A DNA stretch of 60,645 nt, taken from contig CAADSR010000257.1 in assembly GCA_900751685.1 (NCBI GenBank), positions 1 to 60,645 of the forward strand. Direction: 5' to 3'. The notes under the pieces were generated by a model. The model had not been told where the DNA came from, did no database searches, and saw only the letters and a list, made by a program, of their open reading frames with translations. Every line of letters starts with the position of its first letter. The first letter of the stretch is position 1. Made by a program: the position numbers and the translations under genes. The stretch comes from Clostridia bacterium (GTDB lineage Bacteria > Bacillota > Clostridia > UBA1381). This document shows positions 22,156-33,000 of the stretch, one piece after another.

Positions 22156-23106
22156 ATGATAGAAATGGAAAAACCTAATATAGAGTGTGTAGACATGAGT
22201 GAGGACGGACAATACGGGAAATTTGTGGTGTCTCCTTTAGAGCGCGGGTATGGAACAACACTGGGGAACTCCTTGCGCCGGATCCTGCTTTCTTCGTTGC
22301 CGGGTGCCGCTGCAACATCAATTAAGATTGAAGGGGTACAGCACGAATTTTCTACTGTGCCTGGTGTAAAGGAGGATGTCACTGAAATCATCCTGAACAT
22401 CAAGAAGCTTGCGATCAAACTTCATTCGGATTTACCGAAAACAGTTTATATCGAAGCAAAAGGCGCTTGTGAAATCACTGCGGCAGATATCAAATGTGAT
22501 GCTGACGTGGAAATTTTCAATCCGGATCTCCATATTGCAACATTGAATGAAGATGCCAGACTGTATATGGAAATTACCTTATCCAAGGGCAGAGGTTATG
22601 TTTCGGCGGAGAAAAATAAGCAAAGCCTGCAGCCGGTGATCGGTGTGATCCCGGTGGATTCCATTTACACACCTGTCAAAAAGGTGAACTACACAGTAGA
22701 AAATACGCGTGTAGGCCAATATACAGACCGTGAGGAATTGACGGTCGAAGTTTGGACAAACGGAACCATCCAGCCGGATGAATCTGTTAGTTTGGCAGCA
22801 AAGATCATGAATGATTTACTTCGGTTGTTCGTAGACCTTTCCGACGATGCAAAGAACACGGAAGTCATCGTTGAAAAGGAAGAAAGCAAGAAAGAAAAAG
22901 TGCTTGAAATGACCATCGAAGAATTAGATTTATCGGTACGTTCGTATAACTGCTTGAAGCGTGCCGGAATCAATACAGTAGAAGACCTTATCAATAAATC
23001 GGAAGAGGATATGATGAAGGTCCGCAACCTGGGCAGAAAGTCGCTTGAAGAAGTTATAAACAAATTAAACGCTTTAAGTCTTTACTTGAAAAAAGAAGAA
23101 GATTAA
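22156..23106 (+). CDS. rpoA: DNA-directed RNA polymerase alpha subunit
   Basis: 316 aa. The C-terminal domain motif [16 protein letters not shown] is present. Confidence 0.97.
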   Translation: MIEMEKPNIECVDMSEDGQYGKFVVSPLERGYGTTLGNSLRRILLSSLPGAAATSIKIEGVQHEFSTVPGVKEDVTEIILNIKKLAIKLHSDLPKTVYIEAKGACEITAADIKCDADVEIFNPDLHIATLNEDARLYMEITLSKGRGYVSAEKNKQSLQPVIGVIPVDSIYTPVKKVNYTVENTRVGQYTDREELTVEVWTNGTIQPDESVSLAAKIMNDLLRLFVDLSDDAKNTEVIVEKEESKKEKVLEMTIEELDLSVRSYNCLKRAGINTVEDLINKSEEDMMKVRNLGRKSLEEVINKLNALSLYLKKEED

Positions 23107-23120
23107 TAGGAGGTATCGAT

Positions 23121-23465
23121 ATGCCGGGAACAAGAAAGTTAAATCTTCCTACCGATCAAAGAAAGGCGCTGCTTCGTAACTTGGTTACAAGCTTTTTGGA
23201 AAACGGTAGAATTGAAACAACTTTAACCAGAGCAAAAGAAACCAGAAGTATGGCCGAAAAAATGATTACTCTGGGCAAAACAAATACATTGCATTCTCGC
23301 CGTCAGGCTCTTGCTTATATCACAAAAGAAGATGTTGTGACAAAAGTATTTGAAGAAATTGCACCAAAGTACGCTGAAAGAAACGGCGGATACACAAGAA
23401 TCATCCAAATGGGCCCACGCCGCGGCGACGGTGCTCCAATGGCAATTCTTGAGTTGGTAGACTAA
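23121..23465 (+). CDS. rplQ: 50S ribosomal protein L17
   Basis: 114 aa with a canonical L17 sequence. Confidence 0.96.
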   Translation: MPGTRKLNLPTDQRKALLRNLVTSFLENGRIETTLTRAKETRSMAEKMITLGKTNTLHSRRQALAYITKEDVVTKVFEEIAPKYAERNGGYTRIIQMGPRRGDGAPMAILELVD

Positions 23466-23504
23466 TTTTAAAATCAGGTGCGTATTTTACGCATTGCTAT
23501 AAAA

Positions 23505-23537
23505 AAGCAGGAACGCAGCGCGTCCCTGCTTTTTTGT
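23505..23537 (+). terminator. Rho-independent terminator ending the ribosomal super-operon
   Basis: GCAGGAACGC/GCGTCCCTGC stem followed by TTTTTTG. Confidence 0.8.
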
Positions 23538-23688
23538 TTCCAGACTTTATTGAAATAGTCTAAAAAGAGATCATAAAATATGTGCAATTTACGACTGGAT
23601 TAAAGGAAGAAAATAGATTAATATAATATTAAAAGTATAAATGTTTGTCAAAAAAGATTTTTGGATTTATTTAGAGAGGGGGATCACG

Positions 23689-24270
23689 ATGCTTGAAATT
23701 ATTTTATATGGGCTCATAGTACTAACTCTTATTCTTGTTGCTGCTAAGATAGACCTTACAAAAAACTGGAGGTATGCGGCTAGGGAGAATTTGAAAAAGG
23801 ATCTGTCTGCGATTGATTATTGCTTGAAAGGTTTGGAGAATGAGCCCATAGAGATCCAGACCCTGCGGGATATAGATATTCCCGATAAGATACAATTTTC
23901 GATGATAGATACTGTGTTAGTGCATGAAACCGGCGTTTATATCATTGACCCGGTAAAACATTTTTCACCTAAAAAAGTACAGCAGTATAAAGTGAGCCTG
24001 GATATATTAGCAGGGTTTTTAAAAGTAGAGGTAAAAAGCCTGACCCTCTTTATGGTATGCAGAGGTAAAAAATATGAAGTATCGGATTGGTATTATAATA
24101 TATCTTTAGTATCACCGGGAAATTTAAAGAAAACGCTCCTGAAACAAATGGAATCCAGAGAAAAGATGTATACCAGCGCTCAAATGGCAGAGCTATGTCA
24201 CCGCCTGTCCGCTTATGCAAACCGCAATAAAGATGCAGACAGGCTTGTGGACCCGATCCCAAGACTATAA
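23689..24270 (+). CDS. Membrane-anchored NERD-like (nuclease-related domain) protein
   Basis: N-terminal TM segment. The segment FSMIDTVLVHETGVYIIDPVKH resembles the NERD core. ATG at 23689 after the SD GAGGGGGA. The family call is by eye only. Confidence 0.4.
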   Translation: MLEIILYGLIVLTLILVAAKIDLTKNWRYAARENLKKDLSAIDYCLKGLENEPIEIQTLRDIDIPDKIQFSMIDTVLVHETGVYIIDPVKHFSPKKVQQYKVSLDILAGFLKVEVKSLTLFMVCRGKKYEVSDWYYNISLVSPGNLKKTLLKQMESREKMYTSAQMAELCHRLSAYANRNKDADRLVDPIPRL

Positions 24271-24325
24271 TCTTATGTTATTTTGAGGCATGCCGGAACC
24301 GGAAGATCAATAATTTTCAAGAGCA

Positions 24326-24365
24326 AAAAGCTTCCGTACATTAGAAAGGTGCGGAAGCTTTTTTG
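24326..24365 (+). terminator. Rho-independent terminator
   Basis: AAGCTTCCGTAC/GTGCGGAAGCTT stem followed by TTTTTG. Confidence 0.75.
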
Positions 24366-24425
24366 TATCCTTTTCAATACCATGATTTTCCTACGATTTT
24401 ATATACACTTTTTGGTTTTCCCCTA

Positions 24426-24454
24426 TTTCACTGCCCAGAAAATTGTGGTATAAT
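24426..24454 (+). promoter_or_regulatory. Promoter of the EIIC-EAL gene
   Basis: TTTCAC, 17-nt spacer, TATAAT, with TG at the extended -10 position (TGGTATAAT). Confidence 0.5.
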
Positions 24455-24498
24455 AATTTCATATCGGGATTTGAAATTGGGGAAAAGGAAGTGGTAGC

Positions 24499-26559
24499 TT
24501 GTATCAAAAATTGTTGGATTTCGTTTACCGATTGGAGGGGTATCCTGTTTTTGCGTCTATTAAACGGGCATTCCTTTTATTAGTGCCTGTAGTGCTTACC
24601 GGTTCGATCGCTGTGCTGATACAGAATTTTCCGAATGCCTTATTTCAGGATCTTTTAACCGGGGGGAGCCTTTTCAAGCTGCTGCAGTTCATACAGGACT
24701 CTACGTTGGGGTTTATCTCAGTGTATTTGCTTTTTGGGATTGCCTATTATTATGCAATGGAGCTGCTGCCTGAAAAGCCACAGCTACATATTCTTTCTGT
24801 ATTTAATGCTTTTGCATGCTTTATTGCATCCTTTGGCGGCATTAATGAGAGCCTGGGGCTGTCCTCTTTTGGGACAGTCGGCGTTTTTACCGCGATGCTT
24901 TGCGCTGTTTTAGCAACCCGTCTTTTTGTGTCTTTGAGCCGTTTTTTGATGAAACGGATGCATTATTATTCTGCCGGCGCGGATGACCAATACCGTATCT
25001 CAGTGACGGCAATCATCCCATTTTTTGCCTGTGTGCTTGTTTTTTCTATGGCAAATCTTTTATTAGTGCAGTTTACAGGGGTCAGTGATTTTAACTCATT
25101 GATCACCATTGGGTTTGAAAAGCTTTTTGAAGGTGTCCATCAAGAGCTCGCCGGAGGAGTTTTGTTTACTGGCCTTTTAAATTTATTATGGGTGTTTGGG
25201 ATCCATGGAGGAAATGCACTGGATACCGTGGCAAAAACGATTTTTGCTGATGGCCAAACACAAATTATCACAAAGTCGTTTCTTGATATTTTTGTTGTTA
25301 TGGGGGGCAGCGGGACAGCAATCTGCCTTTTGATAGCGCTGCTTTTTGTTTCACGGTCTAAAAACAACCGGACACTGGCTTACTATTCCGCCCCTATGGC
25401 TATATTTAATATTAATGAGATCCTGATTTATGGATTCCCAGTCATCTTGAATCCAGTGTTTGCATTGCCGTTTGTTTTGGTCCCGGTAGGGGCGCTATTG
25501 ATTTCCTATACGGCGGCAAAAACTGGCTTTTTACCGCCCGTAGTGCAGGACCTGCCTTGGACGTCACCCATTTTGGTCAGCGGGTATTTAGCGACCGGGT
25601 CGCTCCGGGGGACATTGGTCCAGCTTTTGACCATCTGTGTAGGTACAATGGCTTATATCCCCTTTATCCGTTTTTCAGAGCATCTGCAGCAGAAGCATAC
25701 AGCCAGTGCGTTGCAGGAGCTGGCCCAGCGGTTTCAGCAAGAGGCCGCAGAGGGGCAGGTTTCTTCTTATCTGAACCGCAAGGATAAGTTAGGGGTTTTA
25801 GCAAAGGATATGATACGCCAATTGCATAGTGATATGCAGAAAAAGCAGATCCCTTTATTTTATCAGCCTGAAATGGATGATGAGCATACCGTCAATGGAG
25901 CAGAAGCCCTTCTTCGATGGCAGTATCAGGGCAATATCGTCTATCCGCCGCTGATTATTGCGCTGGCAAAGGAGGACGGCTGCTTTGACCGTTTGACCCT
26001 GCAGATTTTATTGCAGGTCTGCCAGACCCTGGTTCAATTGAATGAGGAATTTCCGGGGTTAAAGGTATCTGCAAATATCCAGCCCCAGCAGCTGGATGAT
26101 AAAAATATGATCTGCGAGATCATTACCTTGTCGGATAGCTTCCAATGCGGGGGGCGTCTGATCCTTGAAGTGACCGAAGAAACAAGCCTTGTATTGTTTG
26201 AACATGTTGCCCAGCATATCCAGCTCTTGAATGAGCATGGGATCTTAACAGCGATCGACGATTTCAGTATGGGGCAGACCTCATTAAATTATCTTAAAGA
26301 CAGCCGGTTCCAGTTCGTAAAACTGGATGGGAGCTTAGTGCGTCAAATCATGGAGAATGAGCGCTGCCGTGAGATTATCCGGTCTATTATCACCCTTGGG
26401 GAACAACTGGGATTTGAAGTGGTTGCTGAATATGTTGAGAATGAACAGATTTACCGAATGCTGCAGGATTTGGGCTGTAAGCATTTTCAGGGCTACTATT
26501 TTTCAAAAGCCCTGCCCATCGAAGGATTTAAAGGCTATTGTTTAGCAAGGAAAAAATAA
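24499..26559 (+). CDS. PTS EIIC (lactose/cellobiose-type) domain fused to a C-terminal EAL c-di-GMP phosphodiesterase domain
   Basis: The N-terminal ~400 aa are multi-TM with EIIC hallmarks (...GSIAVLIQNFP, LLWVFGIHGGN). The C-terminus carries EAL motifs (EALLRW, LEVTEE, DDFSMGQTSL, VKLDGSLV, AEYVENE, QGYYFSKALP). Confidence 0.8.
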   Translation: MYQKLLDFVYRLEGYPVFASIKRAFLLLVPVVLTGSIAVLIQNFPNALFQDLLTGGSLFKLLQFIQDSTLGFISVYLLFGIAYYYAMELLPEKPQLHILSVFNAFACFIASFGGINESLGLSSFGTVGVFTAMLCAVLATRLFVSLSRFLMKRMHYYSAGADDQYRISVTAIIPFFACVLVFSMANLLLVQFTGVSDFNSLITIGFEKLFEGVHQELAGGVLFTGLLNLLWVFGIHGGNALDTVAKTIFADGQTQIITKSFLDIFVVMGGSGTAICLLIALLFVSRSKNNRTLAYYSAPMAIFNINEILIYGFPVILNPVFALPFVLVPVGALLISYTAAKTGFLPPVVQDLPWTSPILVSGYLATGSLRGTLVQLLTICVGTMAYIPFIRFSEHLQQKHTASALQELAQRFQQEAAEGQVSSYLNRKDKLGVLAKDMIRQLHSDMQKKQIPLFYQPEMDDEHTVNGAEALLRWQYQGNIVYPPLIIALAKEDGCFDRLTLQILLQVCQTLVQLNEEFPGLKVSANIQPQQLDDKNMICEIITLSDSFQCGGRLILEVTEETSLVLFEHVAQHIQLLNEHGILTAIDDFSMGQTSLNYLKDSRFQFVKLDGSLVRQIMENERCREIIRSIITLGEQLGFEVVAEYVENEQIYRMLQDLGCKHFQGYYFSKALPIEGFKGYCLARKK

Positions 26560-26571
26560 GGGGGCTATAAC

Positions 26572-29500
26572 ATGGAACTGACTGTGATCTCCGGCGCTTT
26601 GGGCGCTGGAAAAAGTACGCAATGTTTTTTACAAATGCAACAGTGCCATGCTGCTTATCCGGAAAGCCAGATGATCCTGGTGGTGCCCGACCAATACTCC
26701 TATTTGGCGGAGCGGAAGATGGTCGAATATTTCGGCGGCACTGGCTTGAACCAAATTGAGGTCATTACCTTCCGGCGGATGGTGAGCCGCTATTTGTCGA
26801 TACCATCCGGGCAGTATCTGACTCCAGCAGGAAAACAGATCCTGCTTTATGAGGCAGCGGGAGCGGCGCGGGAAGGGATGTTCGCAAAATCGGTCGGAAA
26901 ACCTGGCTTTATTGACACGCTTGGCTCTTTGATCTGTGAATTTAAGCGTTATCATGTTTCACCGGAACAGCTTATGGAAAAGGCTGAGACTGCTGCGAAT
27001 GGGATGCTGCAGCAAAAGCTCAGGACCCTTGCGGCCGTCTATCAGGAGTACAATGCGTTGTTTGAAGGGCGCTTTTTGGATAGCGAGGATGATCTTTCAA
27101 GAGTGGCGGAATATTTCCGCCAAAGCAGGGCTTTGCAGGACACGTTTCTCTGGGTCGATGAATTTGATGATTTCCTGCCCCAGCATTACCGTGTGCTTGA
27201 CGCCATGGTGCAAACATCTAGAGGTGTACATATTACCCTTCGCCAGGGGATGGAGACTACAGAGGGCACCTATGAGCGCCTGGAGCGCCTGGCACAGGAC
27301 AATGGTATTTTCTTGAAGGAAGAAAAGCTCGAGCAGCCTTATCAGTATGTAAGCTCCAAAGAGCTTCGGGAATATTATGAGAACAGGGAGGATCTTTCTT
27401 TCAGCCGGGAGGGAGAAACAAAGGACCTTTCCTTATTCCAGAGCAGGGATGTATATGGGGAAATCGAATATACCGCCAGTAAGATATTAGACCTGGTGCG
27501 GGAGGAAGGCTACCGGTTCCGGGAAATCGGTATTTTATGCGGTGACCTGCCCCGTTACCAGCAAATGATGGAGGCTGTTTTTGAAGAATATCAGATCCCT
27601 TATTTTACCGACCAAAAAATTGTCGTGACAGACCATCCCGTTGTGATGCTGCTGCTTTCCGTGTTTGACCTTCTGGAACAAAACTGGAGCTATGACACCG
27701 TGTTCCGCTATCTGCGGACAGGCTTTATTTATGAAAAAGCGGGGGACGGGACTGTGTGCCGCTTCCCGCTGGAGGATATCGACCGTCTGGAGAACTATGT
27801 GCTGGAAAAGGGGATCCGCTCAGGAAGCGCATGGCAGGCGGAGGAGGACTGGAAAGAAGACCATAAGGGCCTTTTTGACGCTGTCCTTTTTGAAGAGGAA
27901 CAGGAGCAAAGAGCGGCAGGGCGGAATACGGTGGACCAGATCCGGCGGAGGGCAGCCGCCCCCGTATTACGTTTTAAGCGGGCGACCCAGCGGCGAAAGC
28001 CTGTCCGTGATTTGGCGGAAGCACTGTTTGGCTTTTTAAATGACATTTTCCTTTACGAAGGATTGTCTGCTGAAATCAGGCAGATGGAAAAGCGGGGCTA
28101 TTTGAACGAGGCGGAGCAGTTCCGGCAGATCTGGAATTTGCTGATGCAGGTATTAGACCAGACTGTCGTTATTTTTGGAGAGAAGACCTGTACCCGGAAA
28201 GAATTTGGGGATTACATCCGTGCCGGGCTTTCCAAGGCTGAGATCAGGATCATCCCATCCGGCTTAGACCAGGTTAATGTAGGGACCATTGACCGGAGCA
28301 TTAGCGGCCATGTGCGTGCATTGTTCGTCGTGGGCGCTTATTATGGGGCTATGCCGGCAGAAATCACAACGGAGGGTATCTTATCCGACCGTGACCGGAA
28401 GCAGCTCCTGGAGCAGGGAATGGAGCTTGCGCCGGATACCCGGAAGCAGATGCGTACCCAGCAGGCAAAGCTACAGAAGGCAGTGGCGGCAGCGGCCGAA
28501 AAATTATATTTTAGCCATCCTCTCCAGGATACGAATGGGGAGCCCCTGCGTCCGGCACAGCTGCTGACCGATTTGCTGCGGATGTATCCAGAGCTGTCCT
28601 GCTCGGATAACCTACTCCCGCAGGGAGCAGGGCAGCCCCTGTACCTTTCTTCCCCGAAAGCGACCCTGCATCAGTTGTTTTTAAATTTGTCCCCGCGAAA
28701 GCATGGCGCACGGCATCCCCTTTGGGAGGCCGTATACCGGTGGTACGGAGGGCAGGAACAATGGCGCGGCAGCCTTCATCTATTGGAAACGGCAAAGGCT
28801 TTTGATGCGCGCAAGGCAGTATTATCCCCAGAGACCGCCCAGCAGCTGTATGGGGCAAAACGCCGTTACAGCGCCAGCCGTCTCCAGGAATTTTCCCAGT
28901 GCCCTTTTTGTTATTTTATCAAAAACGGCTTGAGGGCAAAAGAGCAGAAGGTATGGGAGATCCGTAGTGTGGATCTAGGCTCCTTGATCCATTGGGCCAT
29001 CCAGGAATATTGTATCCGGGTGGACAAGGACGCCCATACGGTGGAAGAAAAAAAGGAGCGGTGGCGGCAGCTGACCCAGCAGCAAAGCCATGCGCTGCTG
29101 GATCAGATCATGGAAGAGGTCCGGGAAAAGGTAGTAAATAGTGTCCACCGGGACCAGAGAAAATTGGAGCATATCCTGCTCCGGGTGCGCCGTACCTTAA
29201 AGCGTTCGGCGGAAACTGTGCGCCTGAGCCTGCAGCAGGGAGAATATGCGCCCGCAGGCTATGAAAAAAAATTTGATATGGAGATCGGCAGCGAGATCCA
29301 TGTCCAGGGCATCATCGACCGGGTGGATCTATTGGAAAAAGACCAGGATGCTAATTTAAGGATCATTGACTATAAGTCAGGAAATAAAAGCTTTGACCCC
29401 CTGGCAGTTTACAACGGGCTGGATATGCAGCTGATGGTCTATGCGCTGGCAGCGGTCGACCTTTATCAAAAAGGGGAGCTTCCGAAAGAGTACGAAGACT

Positions 29501-30048
29501 ACCATGCCCGTGTAACAGGGGTATTTTATAATAAGGTCCGGGACGATTTGCTCAGCTGCCGGCCCGGGGAAACAGGGATCGCGGAAAAAGGCCGGAAGGC
29601 CATGCGTCTGGATGGAATGGCTTTTGTGCGCTATGAAGGGGAAGAGGCCGATGTAAATGAGCTTTACGCCATGGACCACAGCCTGGCAGCCGGAAAGGAA
29701 AGCCCCTTTTTAAAATTAGCCCTGACTGCCAAAAAGGCGGTGAATAAACGCTCGTCCTCTATAGGAAGTGAGCAAAATGGACAGGATCTAATGGACCATG
29801 TGGGCCGCTATATCTTAGACACAGACCGTAAAATTAAGCAGGGGACGGTTGAGATCAAGCCTTACCGCTACGCAAAGCAGACGGGCTGTGAATACTGTGA
29901 TTATGCAGAGGTCTGCCTGTTTGACCGGGAGCGCTTGCAATACCGTGAGATCAAAGGGCAAAAGAAACAGGTTTGGGAAGAGTTAGCCAAAGAAAGGGAG
30001 GTGCGTGAACATGCCGAAATGGACGGAGGATCAGAAAAAAGCGATTGA
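26572..30048 (+). CDS. addB: ATP-dependent helicase/nuclease AddAB, subunit B
   Basis: 1158 aa with the N-terminal P-loop GALGAGKST. The C-terminal nuclease domain has Fe-S cysteines (CPFCYF ... CEYCDYAEVC). It is followed by addA. Confidence 0.9.
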   Translation: MELTVISGALGAGKSTQCFLQMQQCHAAYPESQMILVVPDQYSYLAERKMVEYFGGTGLNQIEVITFRRMVSRYLSIPSGQYLTPAGKQILLYEAAGAAREGMFAKSVGKPGFIDTLGSLICEFKRYHVSPEQLMEKAETAANGMLQQKLRTLAAVYQEYNALFEGRFLDSEDDLSRVAEYFRQSRALQDTFLWVDEFDDFLPQHYRVLDAMVQTSRGVHITLRQGMETTEGTYERLERLAQDNGIFLKEEKLEQPYQYVSSKELREYYENREDLSFSREGETKDLSLFQSRDVYGEIEYTASKILDLVREEGYRFREIGILCGDLPRYQQMMEAVFEEYQIPYFTDQKIVVTDHPVVMLLLSVFDLLEQNWSYDTVFRYLRTGFIYEKAGDGTVCRFPLEDIDRLENYVLEKGIRSGSAWQAEEDWKEDHKGLFDAVLFEEEQEQRAAGRNTVDQIRRRAAAPVLRFKRATQRRKPVRDLAEALFGFLNDIFLYEGLSAEIRQMEKRGYLNEAEQFRQIWNLLMQVLDQTVVIFGEKTCTRKEFGDYIRAGLSKAEIRIIPSGLDQVNVGTIDRSISGHVRALFVVGAYYGAMPAEITTEGILSDRDRKQLLEQGMELAPDTRKQMRTQQAKLQKAVAAAAEKLYFSHPLQDTNGEPLRPAQLLTDLLRMYPELSCSDNLLPQGAGQPLYLSSPKATLHQLFLNLSPRKHGARHPLWEAVYRWYGGQEQWRGSLHLLETAKAFDARKAVLSPETAQQLYGAKRRYSASRLQEFSQCPFCYFIKNGLRAKEQKVWEIRSVDLGSLIHWAIQEYCIRVDKDAHTVEEKKERWRQLTQQQSHALLDQIMEEVREKVVNSVHRDQRKLEHILLRVRRTLKRSAETVRLSLQQGEYAPAGYEKKFDMEIGSEIHVQGIIDRVDLLEKDQDANLRIIDYKSGNKSFDPLAVYNGLDMQLMVYALAAVDLYQKGELPKEYEDYHARVTGVFYNKVRDDLLSCRPGETGIAEKGRKAMRLDGMAFVRYEGEEADVNELYAMDHSLAAGKESPFLKLALTAKKAVNKRSSSIGSEQNGQDLMDHVGRYILDTDRKIKQGTVEIKPYRYAKQTGCEYCDYAEVCLFDRERLQYREIKGQKKQVWEELAKEREVREHAEMDGGSEKSD

Positions 30049-33000
30049 GCGGGACGGGAACATCCTGGTCAGTGCCGCCTCCGGTTCCGGGAAAACAGCT
30101 GTTTTGGTAGAACGCATCATCCAGAAATTGATTCCCGATGCGCAGGGGAATGCTACCGGCATCCAGGAATTACTGGTCGTGACCTTTACAAATGCCGCGG
30201 CGGCTGAAATGAAAGAAAAGATCATCCGTGCCCTGGCCTTGGCAATGAAAAAGGAAACAGACCAGGGACGGAAGAAATATTTGAAGGAGCAGCTCTCCCT
30301 TGCGGGAGGAGCTGAAATCTTGACCATTGATGCTTTTTGCCGGCGGGTGGTGCAAAACCATTTTCATCTTCTGGGGATCGATCCCGGTTTTGGGATCGCC
30401 GACCAGACAGAGATGGAATTGTTAAAAGAGGAAGTCCTGGAGGATTTGTTTGATACACTTTATGAGGCGCAAGATCCGGATTTTTTACAGCTTGCACAGC
30501 TGTATTGTTCCAACCGTGACGACCGGGCTCTGGCGCAAATGATCTTACAGATCCATAGTTTTATTTCCTCCCTGCCGGATCCAAAGGGCTGGCTGGAACA
30601 AAAAACACAGATGTTTGCCGGAGAATTTTCACAAAGCGTCTGGGAGCGGTTTGCCTTGCAGCAAAAGAGGGAGTATGGGGATAAAGCATGTGGTCTGCTT
30701 AAAGAGGCCCTGGAACATATGATGGAATATTCCATGTCCTACATCCCTCAGGATTGGGAAGCATTTCTAGACAATATCCCGGAGGATATTGCACAGGCGC
30801 TTCAGCAGGATTGGAGCTATGAATGCCCTTTATGGGAATTGGCAGCGGAGGAGTACCGCTTGTGCCATGCAGCCGCTCAAGCGGGACGGGAGGATACCAT
30901 TGAGCTTTTGAGCCAGATGACCTTCCTTCAATGCAGGAAATCCTTAAAGCGGAGCGCAGAATGGGTAGGGCGCTGGAATGAAGTGCAGCTCCTGCGCCAG
31001 CAGGCGAGAGATCTGATTCTGGAAGAGGTCGCCCCCCTGTTTCAAGAAAGCACAAGCACAATGCAGCATTTGTTCCGGCAGGAGCTGTATCCGGTCCTTT
31101 TTGCACTGGAAGGGCTGGTCTTACAATTTGACGAAGAATTTACAAAGCGTAAAACCCTGCGAAACCTATTAGAATTTTCGGATCTGGAACACTTGACACT
31201 GCAATTGTTTTTGGAGCAGCCGGATATTTGTGAAAGCTACCGGGAAAAATACAGTGAGATCCTGATGGACGAATATCAGGATACCAACGGCTTGCAGGAA
31301 GCTATTTTTTCCTGCATCAGCAAAGAGAAAATGTTTATGGTCGGGGATATGAAACAAAGCATTTACCGGTTCCGCGGCGGCGATCCTACCATTTTTAAGG
31401 AAAAGAGCCTCCGTTTCCAGCAGGGGATGCCGGGAGAGCACCGGATCGTGCTGTCCAGGAATTTCCGGAGCCGGGAAGAGGTGCTCCAAAGTGTAAACGA
31501 CTTGTTCGGCTGTGTTATGTCAGAAGAGGTCGGTGAACTGGAATACAGTGAAGACCAGTGGCTGTATCCGGGTGATTTGACCTATGAATCCAGGAATACG
31601 GTCTGCCACGGCTACCAGTCCGAATTTTATTTGCTCGAGACCCAGCCGGAAGAGAAGGAAGAAATCGATGAAGACTTAGATAAAACAAGGCTTGAGGCAA
31701 GGTTTGTAGCGGAAAAGATCCGGGAGATGATCCAAAGCGGCTACCGGGTGCGTGATGTAGAGACCGGGCAATACCGAAGAATGCAGTGCAGGGATGTCGT
31801 GATCCTCTCCAGCTCGGTAAAGTCAGTCAGCGCGGTCTATACCGAAGAGTTAAAGCGCAGCGGGATGGATGCCTTTGCAGAGATCTCGGACTATTTTGAG
31901 CAGAGTGAGATCCAATTGATGCTATCCTTAATCAAAATCATCCATAACCCATTGCAGGATATCCCGCTTTTGGGGGTGCTGCGCTCCCCCGTCTGCCGTT
32001 TGACCGAGGATCAGCTGGCGCGTATCCGGCTTCTTTCAGATGGTTCCTTTTATGATGCCCTGTGCCGGATGGCGGAGCTGGAGCCTGCAGGCACAGACCC
32101 TACTCCTGAGCTGTGCGCAGCATTTTTAGAGCGTCTGGGACGCTGGCGGGAGGACAGCAGGGATATGCCTGTGGATAAATTGATCTGGACGCTTTATGAA
32201 GAGACGGATTTCTATAATTTCATAGGGGCGCTCCGGGGCGGGGAACAAGCTCAGGCCAATCTGCGCCTTTTATTTGAACGGGCAAAGCAGTACGAAAGCT
32301 CTGGGTACCAGGGACTATTCAACTTTATCCGTTATATTGGGCGGCTGCAGCGGCAGAACAGCGACCTGGCAGGGGCGAAGCTGGTCGGGAAGCACCATGA
32401 TGTGGTCCGTATCATGACGATCCATAAAAGCAAAGGCCTGGAGTTTCCGGTCGTCTTTTTAGTGGGCGCCAGCAAACGGTTTGGGTCCGGCCCATCCGGT
32501 CAGCGGATGCTGCTCCATAAGGACTGGGGCTTTGGCTTGCAGTATATGAACCGGGAGGAAAGCTATGTGATGGATACCCTGAGCACCCAGTTTATCCGTA
32601 CGATGCAGCGCAGGGAAGAGTTGTCAGAGGAAATGCGCAAGCTCTATGTGGGGCTGACCCGTGCGAAGGAGAAGCTGATCGTGACCGCGTCCGTCCGCCT
32701 TGGAAAAGCGGAAGAGAAAAAAGAAAGCTGGCAGCAGCAGGTACAGGGGGGAAAGCTCCAAAAAGAAGCGGCCCGCAGTGCAACTGGATTTTGGGATTGG
32801 ATCGGCCCGGCGGCGTGGAGCCATCCGGAGAGCTGGCACATAGAAGTCCTTCCTTATCAAAATGCGGCAAATACACAGCTCACGCAAGAGGAGGAGGCTG
32901 TCAGCGAGGAAACTTACAAATTGACAGCACCGCTGATCGATCAAATATTGGGCTATCAATATCCCTACCGGCAATGCAGTATGCTGCCCTCGAAAATTTC

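Noticed and set aside
21930-22418. 162-aa ORF antisense across the rpsD-rpoA junction
   Set aside because: It is antisense to two conserved genes and spans their intergenic region, so it is spurious.
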